Positions 53,590 through 64,000 of a DNA stretch of 64,000 nt are shown here, piece by piece. How positions within the stretch are numbered: position 1 is the stretch's first letter; the number at the start of each line of letters is the position of its first letter. The notes below the pieces were generated by a model. It worked only from the letters and a program-made list of their open reading frames with translations, was not told the DNA's origin and did no database searches. Position numbers and translations under genes: made by a program. Source of the stretch: Eledone cirrhosa (taxonomy: Eukaryota); NCBI GenBank assembly GCA_964016885.1, contig OZ024740.1, forward strand, positions 344,348,001 to 344,412,000. Reading direction: 5' to 3'.

Positions 53590-56500
53590 ATGGCCGTACT
53601 CAGAATAGGCAGTATAAATGCACGTGGCCTGGGGTCATCTTGGAAGCAGGGTCACCTGCTCAACAAACCTCAGGTCACTAAACATAGATGTGGTGGCTAT
53701 CAGTGAAATCAGAATCTCCGAAGCACAAGCCTTCGCACCGATCTCCGGCGGCTACGATGTATATGCATCTCCCAGCCGTCCATGATCGGGGGGAGGGTTC
53801 GCCGTCCTTTTTCGGAGAGGCTTGGATCTCGCGATACGGGCCATATTCCTAGACCCAGAAGGTAAGTCGGTGGTGCTGGACGTGACCGGCTGCGAAGGCA
53901 TTGCTTTCAGGCTAGTAGCCGTCTACGCCCCAACAGGGGCAGGACGGCCAGAATCTCTTTAGACTTAGATACCTTTCTTGGAACATGACGCTTTTTAGTG
54001 TTAGTGGGCGACTGGAACGGTATCTTGGATGCACGCTGGGATCGTGTGGGGCTAGTGGATAGGGGAGGAGGGTGCAAGAGCCTCACCAACATGCTCAGAC
54101 ATTTTGAATTGTCTGAGAGATATCGACTGGATCACCCGAATATGCCAATGTGGACATGGACAAACCGTCTCGGGTCATCCAGATCGTATCTCGATAGGGT
54201 ATTCTGCAGAGAACTAGATAAGGCTAATATAAGTTATCCACAATTTAAAATAGTCGACTACACAGACCACAAATTTGTGATCTGTGAGATCGACATAGAC
54301 AGACTTCATAGACAAGGGCCTGGTTACCGGAAGCTGAACGCGTCTTTCCCGGCGCGCAAAGCCTACAGAGACCGGATTAGCGTATTAGTTAAGCGGGCGT
54401 TGACGGCAGCGATCGTCAACAACAGGTGGTGGTTCGCTCTGAAAAGGGCAATTAAAGTAGAGTCGATTAGGTTTAGCAAAGGAGTAGTGATAGAGGAAAA
54501 TAGAGTAGAGGGAGAGCTAGTCAGAAAGCTAGAAGAGGCGTTTAGGACAGGCATCGCCACCGACGTGCTGGCGGCGAGATTGGCACTCGACCAATTCTCA
54601 CAACGCAAAACACGAAGGCTGAGTTGTCAGAGCTAGAGCGCGTGCTCTGAAATACGATGGGACAAAAGTCATCCAATGGGCCCGGGTGGCAGAGGCGCAA
54701 CGTGGCAACAGAGCCACAATTCGGTCTTTGTCTGACCAAAACAGGTGCGTGATACTCGAACACGAGCGGATGTGTGAAGCTTTTCAGCAGCACTTTGCTG
54801 AACGGTTCGGGAGCGGAGGCGGCCCGGATCGGGGCATGGACTTCAGTGCATACCTCGACGGACTGCCTCGGCTCTCGAGGACCGCAGCACAGTGTTCCGA
54901 AAAGCCAATAACAGCCGGTGAAATACGGGAAGCGATGGCTAACTGCACAAGGGGTAAATCGCCAGGTTTGGATGGCCTGCCCTACGAGCTTTATGCATTT
55001 ATGCCAGACTTGTTCGGTGACCTCTTGGCTGACGTCTACTGCAACTGGCAGAAGAACGGGAGCATTCCCAGTTTTGTGAGCCGGGGAGCAGTGGCGCTGC
55101 TGAGAAAAGACCCGAACAAGGGGGATGTTATCGGGGGTCTGGTGGGAGAGGCACAGACATGCGCCATTCCGGACAGATCCATACACGACAATCTCCACCT
55201 CATGCGATACATCATATAGAGGGTGGTTAAGCAACCTGGAAAGGGTGGGGCCCTGATCAACTTGGATCAATCCAAAGCATTCGATAAGGTCGACCATCGG
55301 TACCTGGTGGCTGTCCTCGAGTCAGCCGGTTTCGGGCCCGTTTTCAGGGGTTGGATCGCAGCAATGTACAGCGACATCTGCTCAGTTGTGAAGGGGAACG
55401 GTCACCTGTCGCAGCCGTTCAGCATCATGGGCTCAGTCCGCCAGATTGTCCGCTCTCGTCCCTCTTGTTCGTATTGGCTCTCGAGCCGTTACTACACAAA
55501 CTGGGGGCGATGAGGGGCGTCCTACGCGAACTAGGATGCGGGAAATCCGAGTCGGCTTACGCTGACGACGTCACCGTGGTGGTGTCGAGCACCAGACACG
55601 TCAGGATGCTCGGCACCGCTCTCAACGAATACTAAGCGGTGACAGGAGCAAAGATAATCCAGGAAAAGTCGGTGGGCTTGTAGCTTGGCACCTGGAGAAG
55701 GAAGTCCATGCCGTCCGACAGCGTCGTCGTGCGTTTGACGGACGGACCGGTTAAATTGCTCGGGGTCTGGTTCGGACCGGACCTCCAGAAGGAGAAAAAC
55801 TGGAACGAGGTGACGAGCAGGGTGGCCTCCCTCACCCAGAAATGGGCTGAGAGGAAGCTGTCCTTGAAAGGCCGGGCGGTTTGGCGAATGCGTATATCGC
55901 ATCCGTCATCTGCTACCGCCACACCGTCGTCCCTTGCTCCAGCCCAACTCTCACCAAAATGGAGCACCTCCTCTTTCCCTTTTTGTGGAAGGGACGCGCT
56001 CCCATGGTCAGACAATCCATCTGCTGTCAACATCCGTTGCGTGGAGGACTGGGCATGCCATGGCTGATGATGCGCAAACATGCGCTGAGGCTGCGACATC
56101 TCTGGTGCTTCCTTGATTGTGAACAGGTGTCGTCGCCGTCCCTCAGGCCCGTTTTACCACAGCTCGTCTCCTTGTCGGAGCTGCAGTCCTGGGTCAGAAA
56201 CAGACCGAGGGATAGCGCTTGGAAACTGGAATGTATTCAGGCGCTCACTGCCCTCTGCCAGCTGGGCACCAGTATCGCTGGAACATCCACCTCGGCGTTC
56301 TATAGAGGACCAGTGGAGGGGAAGAGCGACGACATTCTCGGAAAGATCCTGGGCGTCGAAGAAGATCAGCTGTTTGCTCTCTTCAGGAGAACTTTCAGCC
56401 CGGGGCCTATGGATAACTTCCAACAATCCCTGGCCTGGCAGTGCTACCGGGGAGCGCTGCCAGTTCGAGATAAGCTCTACAGGCACGGAAGTGCCGTCAG

Positions 56501-56922
56501 CCGAGCCTGTCCGAGATGCGCGCAGAGCGACGAAACCGTCGTGCACGCACTTGTTCAGTGCCCGAGCATTGCTCATTTGTGGAGCTATATCGAACAGTTG
56601 CTGTCGCGTGTAGGACTGATCCGGTTGTCTACTGAGTCTATTGTGCAGATGGTCTCGCCGTCTTCCTTAGAGGAGGAAGGGCAGGCGATTTTCATCTGCC
56701 TGGTGGCCATGGCGAAAGAGATTGTGTGGTGGACAAGGTTAACTGGGTTAAAGACAGACACTTTTCTCTTCGGCGAATCCCTAATTAACTTTTTGAAGTT
56801 TCACTTGAAGAGGAAAATCAGGGTGGAGAGGCAAGTGCTGCTTTCTAGCAAGTTTGTTGAATTTGGGTGAATGTAGCGAGAATGGTCCGAGTGAACGGGA
56901 CCTATCTGAATATACGCCTGTA
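53590..56922 (+). pseudogene. Tx1-like ORF2 (APE endonuclease, RT, zf-RVT), disrupted
   Basis: MAVLRIGSINARGL, VYAP, GDWN, YLDR, TDH; KSPGLDGLP, LDQSKAFDKV, AYADD; CPRC...H....C. Confidence 0.92.
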
Positions 56923-57230
56923 GTTTGAGAGATGGAAAAATTGAGAGAGGGCGCTTGCCCTGGTGGTCAGGGTGGCCGTGGTCTTTTGTGTGGTTTTCGC
57001 CACGAGTAACCCTCGGAGGTTTCCCCCCTATTGGGGAATTTTTCATTGTTTCAATTTTCATTTTTATTGTTTATATATGTATGTTTCTATGTCCTTTTTT
57101 TTTTCTTTCCTTATATAAGTAATAAAAATATTTACACGCACAAAACCCACATCGTACCATCCTGTACCGTCCTGTTCCGTCTGTAATGTTTTTCTTGATG
57201 TCAGACCTTGTGGCCAATAAAGAAATCATC

Positions 57231-57271
<41 letters not shown>

Positions 57272-57299
57272 TAATTATAATAATAATAATAATAATAAT

Positions 57300-60200
57300 G
57301 TTTTATTTATTAACCACAAGGGTTTACATAAAGTAGACATTAAGGACAGTACAGGACAATACAGGACGGTACATATGGGCATTTCTGAGTGTAAAAAAAC
57401 AGAGGATGTATTAACAAATAACAATGAAAAATTCCACAATAGGTGGGAGACTTCCGAGGGACATTTGCGGAGAAAGCCCATTAAAAGGCCACAGTGACCC
57501 TGACCACCAGGGTAAGTGCCCTCTCCCAGTTTTCCACCTTTAATTTACTGACACATACTCAGAGTAGGCCCATTCACTCGGGCCATACTTGCTTCTCTCA
57601 CCCATCTTTCAACAAAATGCTCGGAAGAGAGCACTTCCCTCTCTACCCTGATTTTCCTTTTCAAATTTTCAATTTGAAAAAGTTAATCAGGGCATCACTG
57701 AAGAGGTAAGTGCTCGTCTTCGCCCTTTCAAACGTATCCACCATACTATCTCTTTCGCCATAGCCACCAGACAGATAAAAACTGCCTGCCCTTCCCGGCT
57801 AAAGGAAGAGGGCGGGGCAATCCTCACGATGTACTCAGCTGATAGCTGGATCCGTCCTGCCCGTGACAGCAGGTGTTCGACATAATCCCACAAGTCAGCA
57901 ATGCTCGGACACTGGACGAGTGCGTGCAGGACGGTTTCGTCGCCCTGCGCGCATCTCGGCCTTCCCGGCTTAAGGCACCTCCATGCCTGTAGAGTTTATC
58001 CCGAACTGGCAAAGCTCCTCGGTAGCAGTGCCAGGCCAGGGATTTCTGGAAGTTGTCCATAGGCCCCGGCCCGAAAGTCCTTCCGAAGAGATTGGCTAGT
58101 TGATTTTCGTCGACATCTAGAGTTTCTCCAAGTACGTCGTCGCTCTTCCCCTCCACTAATCCCCTATAGAACGCCAAGGTGGAGTTTCCTCCGATCACAT
58201 TGTCCGATTGGTGGAGGGCTGTGAGCGCCTGAAGACATTCCAGTCTCCAAGCGCTCCCTCTCGGTCTTTGCTTGACCTAGGACTGCAGCTCCGTCAAGGA
58301 GACAAGCTGGGGAAAGACGTGTCTAGCAAACGGCGACCACACCTGATCACCGTCGAGGAAGAGATGGAGATGTAGTAGCCTGAGCGCGTGTCTGCGCATC
58401 ATCAGCCACGGCATGCCCAGCCCGCCACGTAGCGGGTGTTGACAGCAGATAGACCGCCTGACCATCGGAGCGCGTCCCTTCCACAAAAAGCGAAAGAGCA
58501 AACGCTCCAGCCCAGTCAGGCGGGACTTAGGACAAGGTACGGCGGTCAGGCGGTAGTATATGACGGATGCGATGTACGCGTTAGCCACCTCCGCTCGACC
58601 TTTCAGGGATAGCTTCCTCTCCGCCCATTTTTGGGTGAAAGAAGCCAGCCTGCTCGTCACCTCATCCCAGTTGTTGTCCGTCTGGAGGTCCGGACCGAAC
58701 CAGACTCCTAGCAATTTAACCAGTCCGTCCGTCTAGCGCCCGACGACGCTGTTGGACGGCATGGACCTGCCTCTCCAGGTGCCGAGCTGCAGGCCCACTG
58801 ACTTTTCCTGGCTGATCATTGCTCCTGTCACCGCTTCGTATTCTCTTAGTGTAGTGCCGATCGCCTCGATGTGTTTGGCGTTCAACACCACTACGGTGAC
58901 ATCGTCCGCATATGCTGACACAGATCCCCCGCATCCTAGTTCGCGCGGGACCCCCTCAACGTCTCCAGTTTGTGCAGTAATGGCTCGAGAATCAATACGT
59001 ACAAGAGGGACAAGAGGGGACATCCTTGGCGGACCGAGCGCATAATGTTGAACGGTTCCGAAAGGTGACCGTTCACTCTCACCACAGAGCAGATGTCGCT
59101 GTGCATGGCAGCTCTCTAGCCTCTGAAGACGGGCCCAAAGCCAGCCGCCCTCAAGACTGCCGCTAGGTAACGATGGTCGACCCTATCGAAAGCTTTCGAC
59201 TGATCTGAATTAATCAAAGACCCACCCGTGCCACGTTCGCTAGCTACCCTCTCCACGATGTATCGCATGAGGTGAGGTTGCCGTGGATGGATCTGTCGGG
59301 AATGGCGCATGTCTGCGCCTCTTCCACCAGACCACCAACGAGAAGCGCCAACCTCTTTGCTAGCACCTTGGCCAAAATCTTGAACTCTGTGTTTAGCAGA
59401 ATTATGGGCCTGAAATTATCTATGTTATCCCCCTTGTTCGGATCGTATCTGAGTAGCGGCAGCGCTCCTCGGCTCACAGAGCTGGGAATTCTCCCGTTCT
59501 GTTGCCAGTTGCAGTAGATGTCAGCCAAGAGGCCTCCGAGCAAGTCTGGCATATGTATGTAAAGTTCATAGGGCAGACTATCCAAACCAGGCGATTTACC
59601 TCTTGTGCAGCCAGTCATTGCCTCCCGTACTTCAGCGGCTGTTATCGGCTTTTCGCAACACTCCGCCTCAGTGGCCGAGAGCCGCGGCAGTCCGTCGAGG
59701 TAGACACTAAAGTCCATCTCTCGATCCGGCCCGCCGCTGCCTCCGAACAGCTGAGCGAAGTGTCGCTGAGAAGCTTCACACATTTTCCCGGAATCGAGTA
59801 GCATGCGCCCGTCGTGGTCCACCAAATACCGGATCGTGGCTTTTTTGCCACGACGCGCCTCCGCCACTCGGGCCCATTGAACGGCTTTCGTCCCCTCGTG
59901 TCTGAGAGCACGCACCCTAGCTCTGACAACGCAGCCTTCGTGCTTTGAATTGAAGAATTGTTCAAGGGCCAATTTCGCCGCAATACGTAGTCTTCTCATT
60001 GCAGAAGGCCCTGAGGTGTGTCTTCGACACACAGCGAAAGCATTTCGGGCGTTTGCTCTCAACACTTATGGGAAGTTGAGTGCCGTTATCAAAGTCTATC
60101 ACATCCGGATAGCTTCGATGCACTCCTGGTTGGTTTGAATTAACATCTCAATGGAGGCGCCGACCCAATCTTCTCGTACTTTTTTCTGTACTTGCAGTAC

Positions 60201-60799
60201 GGTTGTTTTGTTCTCGATTCCGACGAGGAGAGACGCGGCCAGCCAAGAAGGGACCATCCCGGGGGGACTTGGGTCAGTTTGACCTTCACAATGTTTTGTC
60301 CGCAGCAGGAGGGCACCAACACCATTTCCTCGCTCCCTTAGGGTCACTAAGGATTGAGCTTTTGCCTCCTGGGGTGTGGCAAAAAGCAAGTCCACGGTGG
60401 CATATTTCTTACCCGGGTGATATGCTTTTCCACTGCCACACAGACCCTAAGGCTTTTTGTATTTGAGCCTCTGTGGCTCTTTCAACCCTATCTGATTTTG
60501 TGCTTACTGCACGGTACGTGACCGTACAGTGCTGTTGGATTTCGAAATATTCTTCGGCTGCCTTGCAGATTTCTCGGTGTCCGGTTTTCGTCACCACCTT
60601 CTTTGCTTCCTGTAATTCCTCATTTGTTATAAGGATAGTTTCCAGGTTCTTTGCGATACCTGCAAACGAGATTGGTTTTTCTTTCTTGATTTGCTGTCGT
60701 CAGAGCTGCTATTACTATTGTTGTTGCTGTTGGTACTACGACCGCCGCCGCCGCTGTTGCTGTGGTTGTTTTTGTTGTTGCTGCTGCTGCTGCTGTTGT

Positions 60800-60830
<31 letters not shown>

Positions 60831-61431
60831 TATGCTGCTGCTGATGTTGTTGCGGCTGCTACTAGTATTTTCTTAGCGACTGTTGTTGCTGCTGCTGTTA
60901 TTACGGTTGCTACTGCTATAATTCATGACGTCAGACGAATGAAATGGCTTTCCGTATTTACCGCACACATCTTTCGTTGTTGTCGTCGTCGTGGAGAAAT
61001 GTTCCACGGTACGCGCGTTCTCTTGATGAAGAACGCTACGAGAAACTACATTTTCTTTTTCTTTAATGGCGTCGTTTACGAAAGAGGCGACAGAGGCGAT
61101 ACCACATTTAGAGAAGGGCGGGAGAAAGATAATCTTTTCTCTGACGTAATGACGTTTGAGGAAGAAAAATACGGAAGGAGTGGGAGTGACTTGTGATAAT
61201 TCTTTTTTGTAGCCATGTTTTTGTTTACGGTTTAAAATGAATTGGGCACAAAACCACAATAACTGGTTATTTAACCCCGAAGGGCCAAATAACGGGCAGA
61301 AAGACCCCTCTCACGAGGAGGAGGGTGTCTTTATCTACAATTTGGTTCAAGTTTTAAACAATTTACAATTGTTATAACGGTTACAAATTACAATACCTTA
61401 CAGAGCCGAGCCTCTGTCAACCATGGCATTC
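57300..61431 (-). mobile_element. Second Tx1/L1-like element, related subfamily, internally deleted, in (ATT)n
   Basis: ORF1 N-half and knuckle (CFRCVSKTHLRAFC) are fused directly to the RT region (NFRPIILLN, AYADD). The 3' end CCTTGTGGTTAATAAA resembles element 1. Confidence 0.92.
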
Positions 61432-61476
<45 letters not shown>

Positions 61477-61709
61477 AATATAATAATACAAGGACGATTG
61501 TTAAGCCTCCATTACGTTTATTGATTGGTGACGCACGTTTTGTCATTGGTCAACTCAAGGGTCGATCTGTATCGATCTGGCACGACTCTCGAATCAAAAG
61601 CTCGCCGGACCATTACACACTGTCTAACTCTACACCTAGACACTGATGTGAACCTAAACATCGAGTGCTCACCTCGGTGAACCTACAGTAACATCACGTT
61701 ACACTCCCT

Positions 61710-61770
<61 letters not shown>

Positions 61771-61971
61771 TGTGTGTGTCTGTGTGTGTGTGTGTGTATG
61801 AATACATATATATAATAGTATGAACGAGGTGATAGATTTTCATTACATTTATTGAGGAGTAATGCACGTTTCGCGATTTATTAGCTGAAAGCTCGTTCTG
61901 TATAGATCTGGCCCGAATGTCGACTCAAAATCTGATTGAATCTACAGTAACTGGACGTTACAATCCCTAAA

Positions 61972-62022
<51 letters not shown>

Positions 62023-62716
62023 AGAGAGTATTGAAGTTTGCTTGAAGCATTGTGGAACAATAAGTAAATATCTATAAGTCGTTTGGAACCCTCCACAATG
62101 CAAATGGTTAAATCTCCGGGTAACAAGGTCCGGTGGTGGAGAGAGAGAGATGTAAGTGGGTGTACGTTGAGATGCGTGGTGTGTATAAGATGTTTGAGAT
62201 GTGTAGAATGGAGGGAAGAGTAAAAGGATAAAAATAAAAATAACAACACAAGAGAGAGTTACCTTGGGAGAGATTTAATAGTCCCTATATATTTCGGATT
62301 CACATCCATCAACTGGGGTTTTTTCCGGGGTGGGGGAAAAGGTTGTCTGTCGGACAAGTCCGGAAGGCGTCTTTCGCTGTTTGCTGATTTGAATATCTGA
62401 GGTTTTCGGCAGAGCGCGCGTGCGCGTGAAATGGGGTTGGTCGTACAAAGGTCAGCGGCGGAATGAGGGAGTGGGATGGCGCTAGCTGTCAGTCCATTCT
62501 CTGCCTGTTTGTTAGATGTTACTGTGTGTGTGTGTGCGTGTGTTGTTGTCTCGCTTGTGTGTGTGTGTGTGTGTGTTGTTGCCTTGTTCATCTGTATTGG
62601 CAGTGTAGTATGTTCATATGGTGGAATGCTACAATGTGTGTGTGCGTGTGTGTGGTTGTCTCGTTTGCGTGTGTGTGTGTGTGCGTGTGTTGTGTGTTGT
62701 TGCATCGCTTGTTAAC

Positions 62717-64000
62717 TTAAACCAGCCATTTCATTTCGCTTCTCTCTAATTGGTTGTTTATTTGCGGTTGCAGGCGTTTGATAAAAAGTGCTTCCTTGAT
62801 ACGTAACGTGCCGACGTTTCTTTCAGTCGCTAGAATTGTGACAATGGGCCTTCCGTCTTTGTTTCCGTATTTGTCTATGTGTTTCCGGAAAGACGAGGCC
62901 CTGGTTTTAGTGTGTTCCTTGATCCGGATGTGTAAAGGTTGAATTGTGCTACCTATGTAGTATTGGTTGCACCTGTCACATTCTATTTTATACACGACGT
63001 ATGTGCGTAGGCAACAGTTAGCATGGCGTATCGGGCAGTCTCTGAGGGAGCATGCGTCAATAGATTTTTCGGGTTTCCTGGAGAGGCATCTTCGCAGGGA
63101 GGGGCCCGAGTGGGCCAGGTGGATGTCGAGGCCCTCTCTCCGAATAGCCTAGCGGTTAGCGTTGGTGGTTTTCTCGCCCAGGTGTGGCATTTTAAGGAAG
63201 CACTTGCCTTGGGTGTTTCTCTGTCTCTTGCGTCTGGTGTCTCCTATTCTGTCTGTGATCGAGGTAGGGTACCCCTTCGTCTCCAGCACCTCGAGGAATC
63301 GCTTGGTATGAGTGACACCACTCGCGGGATCGCTGCATCTGTTTTTGATTTGCGCGATCTCGTTCGTGATGTATCCTCTTTTGGCACTGTTAGGGAGGGC
63401 GGACTTGTAGTGAACGAATAGGTCCCTGCAGGCTGCCTTTCTGTAGAAGTTGCAGTGGATCCCTCCTTGTTCCGTGATGTTGATTCGGAAGTCGAGGAGG
63501 GCAAGTGACCCGTCTTCGTTGGGGTGTTCAACACTGAAGTCAATGTTATCGTCCGTGTTGTTGAACGTCTCATAGATTCTGTTCGCCGTGTCTTGGGAAG
63601 ATGTGAGGATGAGGATATCGTCCACGTACCTTGAGAAAAAGGCTACGGCGTTGGGGTGGCAGGCGTTGAGTGCCTTGCGTTCGAGCTTGTCCATGTAGGA
63701 GATCGCTAGCACACCTGATAGACTTGATCCCATGGGCAATCCCGAGGTTTGTTGGTATATTTGGTCAAGGAATCCGAAGTAGGTGTTGTCAACGACGATG
63801 GATAGGAGTTGGTGGATGTCAGTGGTGGTGAGCCCGAAGCAGTGTAGGTCGGTGGATTGGACGCGTTCCATTAGTATATTGACGGCCGGGAGTGCCGGGA
63901 CCGAGGTGTAGAGAGCGACTACATGAAGGCTGAAGGCATATCTTTTATTCCTTCTGGTGGCGGGATCCATTTGATGCAGGCGCTTCAACACCTCGGAGCT
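62717..64000 (-). pseudogene. Penelope-like element ORF (RT plus C-terminal GIY-YIG endonuclease), runs off the window end
   Basis: QTSGLPMGSSLS, RYVDDI, LLDF, Cys-rich linker (CSLRDCPIRHANCC), VVYKIECDRCNQYYIGST...RIKEH...KEALFI. One TAG at ~63149. Confidence 0.92.

Larger units (their letters stand above)
51224..57225 (+). mobile_element. Near full-length Tx1/L1-like non-LTR retrotransposon in (ATT)n
   Basis: 5' UTR, ORF1, ORF2 and 3' UTR with AATAAA at 57216. (ATT)n on both flanks. Confidence 0.92.

Noticed and set aside
63149-63151. In-frame stop in the Penelope ORF as possible selenocysteine recoding
   Set aside because: The codon is TAG, not TGA; simple inactivation is more likely.

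Overview
AT-rich, microsatellite-saturated animal non-genic DNA. It is most consistent with a cephalopod (Octopus-like) genome, judged from the SINE types and (TA)n/(CA)n/(TATG)n density; this assignment is inference. No host gene, rRNA, true tRNA or CRISPR array is supportable. Recognisable coding sequence is all decayed transposon: RTE, CRE, two R4/Dong-like elements in (CATA)n, two convergent Tx1/L1-like elements in (ATT)n, two Penelope-like RT fragments and two mariner fragments. There are also a Helitron, a MITE and many tRNA-derived SINEs. The hidden signal is non-coding: a dense population of small elements carrying hammerhead ribozyme (HHR) cores (CUGANGA...GAAA...NUH). These include (i) a ~438-bp tandem, circularly permuted retrozyme-like family with three identical HHRs; (ii) several fold-back palindromes whose symmetry centre lies in or upstream of HHR stem II; and (iii) a motif in two otherwise unrelated repeats in which the HHR core parts are re-ordered into a pseudoknot, with compensatory changes in two stems, a candidate non-canonical hammerhead topology. 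All folds were derived by eye and need computational and biochemical tests.
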